Below, piece by piece: positions 44,581 to 53,906 of a stretch of 64,000 nt of DNA. The DNA is from Candidatus Acidiferrum sp. (lineage in GTDB: Bacteria; Acidobacteriota; Terriglobia; Acidiferrales; UBA7541). The DNA lies in contig DATKPM010000104.1 in assembly GCA_035524135.1 (NCBI GenBank), positions 27,718 through 91,717 of the forward strand. Reading direction: 5' to 3'. The first letter of the stretch is position 1. The number at the start of each line of letters is the position of its first letter. The notes beneath the pieces were generated by a model. It made no database searches, was not told where the DNA came from, and worked only from the letters and a program-made list of their open reading frames with translations. A program made the position numbers and the translations under genes.

Positions 44581-46917
44581 CTATTTGGCGGATTCGTCGA
44601 ATTCCCTCATCCAGTCGCGCTTCTTGAGCACCTCGCGAGGCTTCGCGCCATCCGGCGGCCCGACAATGCCGTCCTTCTCCATCAAGTCGATCAAGCGCGC
44701 GGCGCGGCCGTAGCCGATTCGCAAGCGGCGCTGCAAAGTGGAAGTCGAAGCCCGCCCCATTTCGCACACGACGCGCACCGCATCCTGGTAGAGGTCGTCG
44801 TCCACATCCTCGCCGCCGTCAACTCCAGCTTCACCCCCTGAATCTCCCGAAGCCCCTTCTTCTTTCGGCGGACGAAGAAGTTCCTCGTTGTAGATTGCCT
44901 TGGCCTGCTCGCGCCAGAACTCGCAGACGGCCGTCACTTCGTTTTCGTTCACGTAAGGCCCGTGAATGCGGTGAAGCCGCGACGAGCCAGCGGGGAGGTA
45001 AAGGCTGTCGCCTTTGCCAAGCAAGGACTCCGCGCCATTTGAATCCAGGATGGTGCGCGAATCGACTTTCGTGGCCACGCGGAATGAAATGCGCGCGGGA
45101 AAGTTTGCCTTGATGAGGCCGGTGATGACGTCGACGGAAGGCCGCTGCGTGGCGAGGATCAAGTGAATGCCCACGGCGCGGGCCATCTGTGCGAGCCGCG
45201 TGATTGATTCCTCCACTCCGTTCGTATCGACCATCATCAGGTCGGCCAGCTCGTCGATGATGATGACGATGTACGGCAGTGGTTTGTGCTCCACTTCCTC
45301 GACATGGTCAAAGAGAGACAGCGACTGCGCCTTTTCGAATGTGCGGTTGTACTGGTCGATATTGCGCACGCCGCGCTGTGCCAACACCTTCAAGCGGCGC
45401 TCCATTTCCCGCACGGCGTTGCGAAGAACATTGGCCGCAATCTTCGGATCGGTCACGACCGGCGTAAATAAGTGGGGAATATCGCCGTAGAGTCCGAGTT
45501 CCAACCGCTTCGGATCCACAAGCACGAGTTTCAATTCATCCGGCGTCGCCTTGAAGAGCAGGCCCATAAGAAGGGAATTGATGAACACGCTTTTTCCGGT
45601 GCCGGTGGAACCTGCGATCAGAAGGTGAGGCATCTGCGTCAAGTCAGCGGCGCGAATGCGGCCGGTCAAATCCTTGCCGAGAGGAATCGTCAGCTTGGAA
45701 GCTGGGTGGCTGAACTCGGGCGATTCGATCACGTCGCGGAGCGCGATCGTTTCGCGGTGCGGGTTCGGGACCTCGATGCCGACGGTTGATTTGCCCGGGA
45801 TACGTTCGATCAGGATCGATTCAGCCTGCAACGCAAGGCAGAGGTCATCGCCAAGTCCGGCGATGCGGCTGTACTTGATTCCCGCTTCAGGCTTGAATTC
45901 GAAAGTGGTGACGACAGGGCCGGGATTTATCTGCGTGACGTGCCCGCCAACGTCAAATTCGCCGCATTTTCCCTCGATGGCGCGTGCGTATTCCTTGAGC
46001 TCCGCTTCGGTCATCTTTTCGCTGCGCTCCACCATCTGCAGCAAAGAAGGGGAGGGCAGGCGAAAGCTCCTGTTCCCGTCGCCAATCTTGGGCTCTGACC
46101 CCCTTTTCGGAGGCTTGGAGCTGCTTGCAAAATCGTCGCGCTCGCTGATTTTGATGACCGTGGACGCGCGGCTCGGCTTCTTCTCTTCTTCTGCAGTCTC
46201 TGCTTCCTGCTTTTCGTCAATTTCCAGAGTGGATGACTTTTGAAGCGCAACTGGTGGCCGGCCCGAGACCTTAATCTGCTCGACGCGCTTGCGCAACCGC
46301 TCCGCCTCCTTTGCTTCGCGCCATTCCCTCATTCGGCCAAGCCACTGGCCGAGGAAGCCCTCTTCGGCTATCGGCTTCTTAACCCATTGAACCGCGGCGC
46401 GGAAGGAGAACGTAGTAGTCAGAAACATCGCTGTGAAAAGAGCCGCCAGCGAAACTAAATTTGCGCCCACAGGATTGAATGCGGCCCGCAATCCGCCCGC
46501 CAGCAACGAGCCCAGCAAACCACCCGCCGGAAGAGCCCCTCGCACTTGCGGCGCGTGAACCAGTGCCAGTTCGGAGGAAAGGGAAGCGACCAGCAATCCC
46601 AAGCCGACCGATTTCGTGACGGGATTCTCTACCTCTTCCGTCCGGAACCAGCGCATGGCCACAAGGAACATTGCTGCTGGGAAAAGAAACGCGGAATAGC
46701 CGCAGAACTGGAAGAACAGGTCGGCAAGATGCGCCCCCACAGGACCGATCCAGTTGTGCGCCGGACTATCCGGAGGCGGAGCCGCAGAAACATTGAATGC
46801 CGCGTCGTGCGGCGAGTAGCTCAGAAGGCTCAGAGCCAGTAAGACGGCCAGGCTCAGCCCAATGAAGCCCACCATTTCGTTCAATCGCTTGTTGTCCGTC
46901 GGGGTCAAAATTCGCAC
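44581..46917 (-). CDS. ftsK: DNA translocase FtsK
   Basis: 778 aa with an N-terminal membrane domain. Contains Walker A GSTGTGKS, IIIDELADLMM, and a C-terminal gamma wHTH (STSTLQRRLRIGYGRAARLID). GTG start with GAGGAG upstream. Confidence 0.95.
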   Translation of the reverse strand: MRILTPTDNKRLNEMVGFIGLSLAVLLALSLLSYSPHDAAFNVSAAPPPDSPAHNWIGPVGAHLADLFFQFCGYSAFLFPAAMFLVAMRWFRTEEVENPVTKSVGLGLLVASLSSELALVHAPQVRGALPAGGLLGSLLAGGLRAAFNPVGANLVSLAALFTAMFLTTTFSFRAAVQWVKKPIAEEGFLGQWLGRMREWREAKEAERLRKRVEQIKVSGRPPVALQKSSTLEIDEKQEAETAEEEKKPSRASTVIKISERDDFASSSKPPKRGSEPKIGDGNRSFRLPSPSLLQMVERSEKMTEAELKEYARAIEGKCGEFDVGGHVTQINPGPVVTTFEFKPEAGIKYSRIAGLGDDLCLALQAESILIERIPGKSTVGIEVPNPHRETIALRDVIESPEFSHPASKLTIPLGKDLTGRIRAADLTQMPHLLIAGSTGTGKSVFINSLLMGLLFKATPDELKLVLVDPKRLELGLYGDIPHLFTPVVTDPKIAANVLRNAVREMERRLKVLAQRGVRNIDQYNRTFEKAQSLSLFDHVEEVEHKPLPYIVIIIDELADLMMVDTNGVEESITRLAQMARAVGIHLILATQRPSVDVITGLIKANFPARISFRVATKVDSRTILDSNGAESLLGKGDSLYLPAGSSRLHRIHGPYVNENEVTAVCEFWREQAKAIYNEELLRPPKEEGASGDSGGEAGVDGGEDVDDDLYQDAVRVVCEMGRASTSTLQRRLRIGYGRAARLIDLMEKDGIVGPPDGAKPREVLKKRDWMREFDESAK

Positions 46918-47048
46918 AAATGGCTCCTCTGCATTCCGGAAGCCCGCAAAAAATGCTGCGGGGGATCCGGCGATGGCACCGGCCCATCAAGCCAAGCATA
47001 AGCCTTTGCCCGGACAAAAGGCAGGACAATTGCCTGGCTCGATTGAGT

Positions 47049-47084
47049 AAAAAAGGGGAAGGCTCCCGCTTTACATCCGGGAGC
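47049..47084 (-). terminator. Intrinsic terminator between uppP and ftsK
   Basis: On the - strand, GCUCCCG (47084-47078), a 9-nt loop, CGGGAGC (47068-47062), then CUUCCCC and UUUUUU (47054-47049). Confidence 0.55.
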
Positions 47085-47137
47085 GTCGCGGGCGCTGGCG
47101 CGCGAGTCCCGAGAGGAGGAACGCGAGTGACTTCGTG

Positions 47138-47146
47138 ACTATAGCA
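47138..47146 (-). promoter_or_regulatory. Extended -10 element (TGcTATAGT), about 55 nt upstream of the terminator hairpin
   Basis: The - strand reads TGCTATAGT at 47146-47138. Together with the terminator it would define a transcript of about 85 nt. Confidence 0.3.
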
Positions 47147-47263
47147 AATCAAAAGTGTAAACGCGGGAAGAAATCTGTGGCGGCGGTGCTCAGGTAACAA
47201 ATGCTTCGCGAGGTGCTTTTTCACAAACGCTGCAGCAAGGTCGAAGCGGAACAGGTTCTGGCG

Positions 47264-48136
47264 CTAGTATCCGCTGCGGTAAAGTAGCCCAACGACGAGT
47301 GCCGCAACCAGGCAATAAATCCCGAACCAATACCACCGACCCGTCTCCAGCCAACGGCTCAGCCATTTCAAAGCCAGCAATCCTGCTAAAAATGCAAACA
47401 CCATTCCAACCATGCTCGGCACGGTGGCAGGCATCAAGCTCGCGATTGAGTGCAAATGCTCCGTTTTTGCCATCCTCAGCATTTCGCGCGCAATCGCCAC
47501 GGGCGTCAGCACGACAGCCAGCGCAAAGCTGAAATCTTCGGCGCGCACTTTCGCAACGCCCGCGAGCATTCCGGTCGAGATCGTAGCCCCGGAGCGCGAG
47601 AAACCGCGAAAGGGCAGGCAAAACCCCTGCACGATTCCGATCCAGGATGCTTGCGCGGCGGTGAGGTCTGATGCGATTTCAACTCTGCCTCCCTGATGCG
47701 CGCGTCTCTCCGCGAGACCAGCGACGAGGATGAGTATCCCCGCGGCCGCCAGTGCGCCCGCGATCAGGTCAAGGCGCCCGAAGAGCTGTTCGACCCATGC
47801 GTGAGGGGCGTTGCGGAACGCGAGCTTCTCAATGGCTTCTGTCAAAATGCCACCGACAATACCGGTGAGGATGGTCGCGAGGATCAGCGCAATAACGAAG
47901 CTCTTGAATTCCGCAGCGCCTTGGAAGAAGGCCTTGCGCCATCTTCCCCAGAAGTAGGCAATGACAGCGAACATGGTTCCCGTGTGCAGCATCACGAGCA
48001 GGAGCGTGGTCTCCGGGGCCGAGGGATCCATCCCCATCAGCTTTTCGGCCACGATGACGTGCGCGGAACTCGACACTGGCAAAAGTTCCGCCAGTCCCTG
48101 CACAATCGCGAGGATCAGTACGTGAAGTAGCGACAT
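47264..48136 (-). CDS. uppP: Undecaprenyl-diphosphate phosphatase (UppP/BacA)
   Basis: 290 aa. Contains QGLAELLPVSSSAH and the FSRSGATIS motif. Polytopic. Confidence 0.9.
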   Translation of the reverse strand: MSLLHVLILAIVQGLAELLPVSSSAHVIVAEKLMGMDPSAPETTLLLVMLHTGTMFAVIAYFWGRWRKAFFQGAAEFKSFVIALILATILTGIVGGILTEAIEKLAFRNAPHAWVEQLFGRLDLIAGALAAAGILILVAGLAERRAHQGGRVEIASDLTAAQASWIGIVQGFCLPFRGFSRSGATISTGMLAGVAKVRAEDFSFALAVVLTPVAIAREMLRMAKTEHLHSIASLMPATVPSMVGMVFAFLAGLLALKWLSRWLETGRWYWFGIYCLVAALVVGLLYRSGY

Positions 48137-48232
48137 CTCGGCTTAGCCTCTCTCACCGGCGGCTCTTGAAATTCCATTTTGTTTTCAGTTGAGCTCAAGA
48201 AGGTCTCTTGTTGTAAGGTGTTCGCGGCGCAT

Positions 48233-48769
48233 TCAGTCCCGCCGTGGAAGAATCTTGAACATCGCAAAGGCGTCACGTCCGCCAGGATAATACCCCTTCC
48301 TTACGCCCCGGTTACGATAGCCATGCCTTTTCCAGAAGGCAATTCCCGCTTCGTTGTCTGTTGCTGTTTCAAGCGACACTTCGCGAACTCCATTGCTCGC
48401 CATTCGGCCCTCCGCTTCCTTGACCAGCAGGGTCCCAACCCCGTGCCTGCGCCAGTCCGAAAGAACGTCCATCGTAATCACATATCCCAATTCGCTGCGG
48501 CGGGCCGTGATGCAGAATCCGGCGATCGCAGCGCGAGGGATGGAATCTCTCTCTCTCGCCTCCGCAACAACGCAGTCCGCACCCCAGAAGCTCAGATAGT
48601 TCTTCAGTTCGCGGCGCGAGTAGGCCACCTGAGGTTCGTAGCAGGCCTGATCAATCCGCCAAAGCGTCTCGAAGTCATCGGGCTCGAAGGAACGAAGGCG
48701 AAATTCGACCGCAGCGCCGGACGATAGCTCTTTTGAATTCTTGCGGCGAGTTCCTTGTGAGGGTGTCAT
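48233..48769 (-). CDS. rimI: GNAT N-acetyltransferase, RimI-like
   Basis: Acetyl-CoA motif WRRHGVGTLLV. Start moved to ATG 48769 to remove an overlap of about 100 nt with RNase J. Confidence 0.7.
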   Translation of the reverse strand: MTPSQGTRRKNSKELSSGAAVEFRLRSFEPDDFETLWRIDQACYEPQVAYSRRELKNYLSFWGADCVVAEARERDSIPRAAIAGFCITARRSELGYVITMDVLSDWRRHGVGTLLVKEAEGRMASNGVREVSLETATDNEAGIAFWKRHGYRNRGVRKGYYPGGRDAFAMFKILPRRD

Positions 48770-48795
48770 TAAGGTGGACGCCGCGCCCGCGAAAG

Positions 48796-50466
48796 CTACA
48801 TTTCCAAAATTACGGGAAGGATTAGTGGCCTTTTTGCCGTCTGCTTGTTCAGATAGCGTTTTAGATCCGCGCGAATCTTTTCCTTGATGACGCTCCAATC
48901 CGTCTTTTCTTCCGGTGTCGATTGCTCGACGGTCTTGATCACAATCCCGCGAGCTTGCGCCAGGAGTTCGTTGCCGTCTTCCGAGGGCAAAAATCCGCGC
49001 GTGACGATTTCCGGCGTGATTTCCATTCGCCCGGTGTGCTTGTTGATGGCGATAATCGGGACCACGACTCCGTCTTCCGCAAGGTGCCTGCGGTCCCGAA
49101 TTACGACTTCTTCAATCTCTTCGAGCGAACCGGAATCGACAAGCACGCGGCCTGCGGTCACAGGCTCTCGCCGCAGGGCGCGTCCGTCAGCCGTGAACTC
49201 GACGGGCTGGCCGCTTTCGAGCAGGAAAATTTCGCTCGAGACCGCGCCCACCTGTTCCGCGAGCGCCGCATGCTGGAATAGCTGGCGGTATTCACCGTGC
49301 AAAGGAATGAAGTATTTCGGCCGCACCAACTGAAGGAGAATCTTCTGCTCTTCCTGGCTCGCGTGGCCGGACACGTGGATGGGAGCGGACCGGCCGCCTT
49401 CGTAGTAGACAAGCGCCTGCCGCCGGAACAAGTGGTCAATCATCCTGAAAATCGCCTTTTCGTTTCCGGGAATGATGCGCGCTGACAGGATCACCGTGTC
49501 GCTCTCGGCAATGCTGAGCAGTCTGTGATTGTCCACGGCGATGCGCGAAAGAGCGGAAAGCGGCTCGGCTTGCGTTCCGCTGGCCAGCACGACAAGCCTC
49601 TTTGGGTCAAAGCTGCGAATGTCCTGTGGGCGTACGAGACTGCCGTCGGGAATTCGCAGTTTGCGCAAATTGTGGGCGATCTCCACGTTATCGACCATGC
49701 TCCGGCCGACGATTCCAACCTTTTTGCCCATGCTGACGGCGATATCGACGACCTGCTGAATGCGGTGAATCGAACTCGAAAAGCAGGACACGATCACGCG
49801 CTGAGGAGCCGCGCGAAAGAGCTCTTCCAATCGGACAACCACAGCTCGCTCAGAAGGCGTGAACCCTGGCCGCTCCACATTCGTGCTGTCGCTGAAAAAC
49901 GCGAGAACTCCCTCTTGTCCGTAACGCGCGAAGGCATGAAGGTCGAAGGGCTTTCCATCCACTGGAGTTGGGTCAATTTTGAAATCTCCTGTGTGGATGA
50001 TCACACCTACGGGAGTCCTTACAGCTAGCGAGACGCAATCGATGGTGCTGTGCGTCACGTGCAGATATTCGATCGTGAAGGGGCCAATGGTCGTTGTTTG
50101 CCCCGCCTTCACTGTGTTGAGGCGCGCTTTTTCAAGGAGACCGGCTTCTTCCAGTTTTTTCCGAACAATCGCGAGAGTGAATTCCGTGCCATACACAGGC
50201 ACGTCGAGTTCCGGAAGGATGTAAGGCACGGCGCCGATGTGATCCTCGTGCGCATGCGTCAAAATAATCGCGCGCACCATTTGCTTGTGCTGTTTCAGAT
50301 AGGTGATGTCCGGGATGACGATGTCGACGCCGAGCAACTCCTGCTCGGGAAACATCAACCCCGCATCTATCACAATAATTTCGTCGCCGCAGCGAAGCGC
50401 GAGCATGTTCATGCCGAACTCGCCCAGCCCGCCCAGCGGTATTGCCAACAACGATGGTTTGCTCAA
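48796..50466 (-). CDS. rnj: Ribonuclease J (beta-CASP metallo-beta-lactamase RNase)
   Basis: 556 aa. Contains GGLGEFGMN, THAHEDHIG and beta-CASP/C-terminal domain strings. TTG start as in the track. Confidence 0.9.
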   Translation of the reverse strand: MSKPSLLAIPLGGLGEFGMNMLALRCGDEIIVIDAGLMFPEQELLGVDIVIPDITYLKQHKQMVRAIILTHAHEDHIGAVPYILPELDVPVYGTEFTLAIVRKKLEEAGLLEKARLNTVKAGQTTTIGPFTIEYLHVTHSTIDCVSLAVRTPVGVIIHTGDFKIDPTPVDGKPFDLHAFARYGQEGVLAFFSDSTNVERPGFTPSERAVVVRLEELFRAAPQRVIVSCFSSSIHRIQQVVDIAVSMGKKVGIVGRSMVDNVEIAHNLRKLRIPDGSLVRPQDIRSFDPKRLVVLASGTQAEPLSALSRIAVDNHRLLSIAESDTVILSARIIPGNEKAIFRMIDHLFRRQALVYYEGGRSAPIHVSGHASQEEQKILLQLVRPKYFIPLHGEYRQLFQHAALAEQVGAVSSEIFLLESGQPVEFTADGRALRREPVTAGRVLVDSGSLEEIEEVVIRDRRHLAEDGVVVPIIAINKHTGRMEITPEIVTRGFLPSEDGNELLAQARGIVIKTVEQSTPEEKTDWSVIKEKIRADLKRYLNKQTAKRPLILPVILEM

Positions 50467-50590
50467 GGTATTCTTCCGGTTTCTTTCTTTGAATTCGTAG
50501 GAGGGACGCTCGACCAGGTAGTCATTCCGGGTTCAACGGCCGCTTTCAACCACTCATCCTACCACAGGGCAACACACGGCGCTTTCACCG

Positions 50591-50911
50591 TCAATCCGAG
50601 CCACCGCCGGCAAACAGGCGGGCAATGGCCACCAGGACGACAGCCCCCACCGTCGCGGCGGCCAGGCTGCCCCAGAAGCCCCACATCAGAATTCCGAGCT
50701 TCGAGAAAATCCACCCGCCCACGACTGCGCCTACGAGTCCAAGAATGATATTCACGATGCATCCGAATCCTTGGCCCCTTGAAATTTTCCCAGCGACCCA
50801 GCCGGCAATCAGCCCGATCACGATCCAGGCGATCAGGCCATTCGGCTTCACTCCAATGAATAAAAATCTGTCGTGTTGCTGTGCCAGCAGAGAAGCGGCC
50901 AAGGCCGACAT
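50591..50911 (-). CDS. GlsB/YeaQ/YmgE-family (transglycosylase-associated) small membrane protein
   Basis: IVIGLIAGWVAGKI...ILGLVGAVVGGWIF is the typical family pattern. Start moved to ATG 50911. Confidence 0.8.
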   Translation of the reverse strand: MSALAASLLAQQHDRFLFIGVKPNGLIAWIVIGLIAGWVAGKISRGQGFGCIVNIILGLVGAVVGGWIFSKLGILMWGFWGSLAAATVGAVVLVAIARLFAGGGSD

Positions 50912-51038
50912 GGATGTCTCCCGTAGGGCGGTGCTTTCATTTTGCCACGATTTCCGCAGCAATTTAGTGCGGTGTTTGTAAAAAGCGAGGAGTATTGCCG
51001 ACGTCCTATCTCAGAATAGGAATCGGTTTCTCGTCAGC

Positions 51039-51926
51039 TCACTGACAAAAGGCGTAGCCGAGGCACTTGTACACCAGCTTGGCGGCAAGAAAGTTGGACG
51101 AATGCGCTCCGGCCTGTGGGAGCAGTTCCACAACGTCCATCCCCACGATCTTTTTGTGGTCAGCCACCGCGCGCACCAAGGAGGTCACCTGGTGCCAGTC
51201 GAGTCCCCCGGGCTCCGGCGTTCCCGTCGCAGGCACAAGCGAAGGGTCGAATCCATCCAAGTCAATCGTCAGATAGACCGTCGAAGACAAATCGTCGAGG
51301 ACCTTTGCGATCCAGGCTTTCAAAGGGGCGCGAACGATGTCCTTCGCCCAATAGATTTTGGTTTTCAGCTTCGGCAGCGCTTTCGCTTCCTCAATCGAGA
51401 TCGAGCGGATGCCCACCTGCACGGCGGGACAAACTTCCAAAACTCGGCGCATGGCGCACGCGTGACTCGAAGAATTTCCGTGATACTGGTCTCGCAAATC
51501 GGCATGGGCGTCGATCTGCAATACGCTCAGATCCTTGTGCTTCTTTGCCATCGCCGCGACAAGCGGTGGGGTCAGCGAGTGTTCTCCGCCAAGTGCGACC
51601 GGAAATTTCCCGTCGTCGATAAACGCCATCTGCGCGGTATAGATTTCCGTGATCACTTCCTCGAGCGTGCCATCTTCTGTGTCGATGGCTGGCATCGTGG
51701 CGATGCCGATTTCCTTGTAGGGTTCGACCTCCAATTCTTCGTCATAGAGCTCCACGTAGCGGCTGGCTTCGAGTATGGCTGCCGGGCCTTTTGCGGTGCC
51801 TCGCTCGTAAGACGTGGTGCGCTCCAGAGGAACAGGGAAGATCACCGCTCGCGCCGATTCGTATGCAGCATCGGCATCGGAAAGTCCCAGAAAATTCTGT
51901 GGTGCCACCGGCGTGTATCGTTTCAT
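51039..51926 (-). CDS. speB: Agmatinase (arginase/ureohydrolase family)
   Basis: Contains GGEHSLT, DAHADL and IDLDGFDP Mn-binding motifs. Start moved to ATG 51926 (MKRYTPV...). The track start adds 88 implausible residues that overlap the divergent gene. Confidence 0.85.
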   Translation of the reverse strand: MKRYTPVAPQNFLGLSDADAAYESARAVIFPVPLERTTSYERGTAKGPAAILEASRYVELYDEELEVEPYKEIGIATMPAIDTEDGTLEEVITEIYTAQMAFIDDGKFPVALGGEHSLTPPLVAAMAKKHKDLSVLQIDAHADLRDQYHGNSSSHACAMRRVLEVCPAVQVGIRSISIEEAKALPKLKTKIYWAKDIVRAPLKAWIAKVLDDLSSTVYLTIDLDGFDPSLVPATGTPEPGGLDWHQVTSLVRAVADHKKIVGMDVVELLPQAGAHSSNFLAAKLVYKCLGYAFCQ

Positions 51927-52021
51927 GTTCAGATTTGGCTCGCTTCTGTGCGCAAGATTTTTCTTCCGCCCCGGCCTTATTCGTATTATCAATGTGTCGC
52001 GCCATTTTTCGCTCAGGCGTT

Positions 52022-52052
52022 CACAATTGCGCAACACAATCCCGCCCACAAT
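52022..52052 (+). promoter_or_regulatory. Three direct CACAAT repeats in the speB / DHS-like divergent promoter region
   Basis: CACAAT lies at 52022-52027, 52035-52040 and 52047-52052 (spacing 13 and 12 bp). The repeats are 39-69 bp upstream of ATG 52091. Confidence 0.35.
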
Positions 52053-52090
52053 CTCCTGTGGGGAACTAACATTACCTGCGAGGCCGACGA

Positions 52091-53185
52091 ATGGCAAAGA
52101 AAAAGGGTCCCACTGGACGCATCCTTCACGATCCCATTGAAGACCGGTTGATGCCGATTTATCCGCTGGACCTGTCGCGCATTCGTACAATCGACGACAT
52201 GGTTCGCGCGATGGGACAGACGGCCTATACCGCGCGCCAAATCGGCGACGCCGCCGACGTGCTGGAGCACATGGCCCGCGACAAGGATTGCTTCGTCGTT
52301 ATGACCCTCTCGGGCGCTCTTACGGTCGGGAAAATGGGCCTGCTTTTCTGCGACTTGGTCGATGCCGGAATTGTGAAGGCCATTGTTTCCACAGGCGCGC
52401 TCATGGCGCACGGGTTAGTGGAGGCCACCGGCCGCTCGCACTTTCGTTATGACCCCCGGATGGGCGATACAGAGCTTTTCCTCGCCGGATATAACCGCGT
52501 GTACGATTCCCTGGAGCCGGAAGTGAATCTTGATGCCGTTGAAGAAGTCGTTGACCACGTTCTGGAACATTGGGACGCCGAAGAGACCGTCAGCAGTTGG
52601 AAACTCAATCACCGCATCGGCCAATACCTGGCGCGCCATGCCAAGGGACGGGGAATCCTGAAGTCGTGCGTCGAAAAAAATGTGCCGGTGTTCGTCCCGG
52701 CCTTTACGGATTCCGAGCTTGGCATCGACCTCGCCTTGCACCAGCGCATGAGAAAGCAAAAGGGGCGCGCGCTTCTCCGCTTTGATCCCTATCTCGATTT
52801 CGAGCACTATGCTTCCACAATGCTGGCCACTAAGCGCATGGGGATTTTCACAATTGGCGGCGGCGTGCCGCGAAATTGGGCGCAGCAGTTCGGCGTGTAC
52901 GCAGAGCTCCTCGCTCGCCGCGGTTTCGAAAAGCTGCCCCTCAAGCGCTATAACTACGGCGTCCGCGTTTGCCCCGAGCCCGTCAACTGGGGAGGCCTTT
53001 CCGGCAGCACCTACACCGAGGCGGTTTCCTGGGGAAAGTTTGTGCCTCCAGAAGAGGGCGGGAAATTTGCGGAGGTCCTCGACGATGCAACGGTTGCGTT
53101 GCCGCTCATCGTCGGCGCAGTGCTGGAGCGGGTTGGCTACCTCAAGCCAGGTGCGGACACCATCAAAGGAAAGAAATCAAGGTAG
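52091..53185 (+). CDS. Deoxyhypusine synthase-like protein (bacterial DHS homologue; SpeY/homospermidine-synthase-type candidate)
   Basis: 364 aa. Contains TLSGALTVGKMG, VSTGALMAHG, and FTDSELGIDL plus GGGVPRNW, which are typical DHS NAD-binding and active-site regions. Confidence 0.85.
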   Translation: MAKKKGPTGRILHDPIEDRLMPIYPLDLSRIRTIDDMVRAMGQTAYTARQIGDAADVLEHMARDKDCFVVMTLSGALTVGKMGLLFCDLVDAGIVKAIVSTGALMAHGLVEATGRSHFRYDPRMGDTELFLAGYNRVYDSLEPEVNLDAVEEVVDHVLEHWDAEETVSSWKLNHRIGQYLARHAKGRGILKSCVEKNVPVFVPAFTDSELGIDLALHQRMRKQKGRALLRFDPYLDFEHYASTMLATKRMGIFTIGGGVPRNWAQQFGVYAELLARRGFEKLPLKRYNYGVRVCPEPVNWGGLSGSTYTEAVSWGKFVPPEEGGKFAEVLDDATVALPLIVGAVLERVGYLKPGADTIKGKKSR

Positions 53186-53224
53186 GGACCTGCAAATAAG
53201 AAAAAACTGCGATGGAAACGCGGG

Positions 53225-53782
53225 CTAGTCGTCTTCGCCGAGAAGGATGGCTGCCGCAATCACCGTCGTCCACAAGCCCCGCTTATCGCCAACGGCCGAT
53301 TGCGTGATGTTCATCGTGCGGACAATCTTGTTCGAAATCCGGTAGACCTCTTTTTTCTCATCCCAGGAAAGATCCGGATCGAACTCCACGTTTAGCGTGG
53401 TGGCAAGCATTTCGGCGGCGAGTTCTTCCGTGTATTCGCCCGCGACCTCTTCACTCTCACCGAACGAGTGATGCTCCGACAAATATCCAAACATCGATTT
53501 GTCGCCTGGAAGAGCCAATCCCACGCCGGCAGCGATCAAGCGGTGCGGCTCGCGAGTCTGGTTCTCGCTGATGACGGTAAACGCCACTTGCCCCGGCTTC
53601 AGATGTTTCAGACCTTCGCTGCGGGAAATCAGTTTGCAGTGCGGTGGGAAGATTGAGGAGACGCGCACGATGTTGCACGCAGCAATGCCGGCGTTGCGCA
53701 AGGCCAGCTCAAAACTGGAAAGACGCTCGCGGTGTTTTCCGGCTCCCTTGGTGAGGAAAATCTTCTTCGCGACAAACGCCAT
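53225..53782 (-). CDS. pdaD: Pyruvoyl-dependent arginine decarboxylase (PdaD)
   Basis: Contains KIFLTKGAG and the self-cleavage region VSSIFPP, plus GYLSEHH. Start moved to ATG 53782. Confidence 0.85.
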   Translation of the reverse strand: MAFVAKKIFLTKGAGKHRERLSSFELALRNAGIAACNIVRVSSIFPPHCKLISRSEGLKHLKPGQVAFTVISENQTREPHRLIAAGVGLALPGDKSMFGYLSEHHSFGESEEVAGEYTEELAAEMLATTLNVEFDPDLSWDEKKEVYRISNKIVRTMNITQSAVGDKRGLWTTVIAAAILLGEDD

Positions 53783-53840
53783 GGACCCTACCGGGTTGCG
53801 GTTCCTCCGGACGCTGGAGTCGGATTCGGTTAGCAAGCAA

Positions 53841-53869
53841 AAATTAACAAGTGCACTTCTCGCTGTCAA
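53841..53869 (-). promoter_or_regulatory. Sigma-70-like promoter for pdaD (TTGACA-17-TAATTT)
   Basis: On the - strand, TTGACA lies at 53869-53864, followed by a 17-nt spacer and TAATTT at 53846-53841. Confidence 0.5.
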
Positions 53870-53906
53870 TCATTATTCGCCCGAATGTTAATGCCGTGTG
53901 ACCAAC

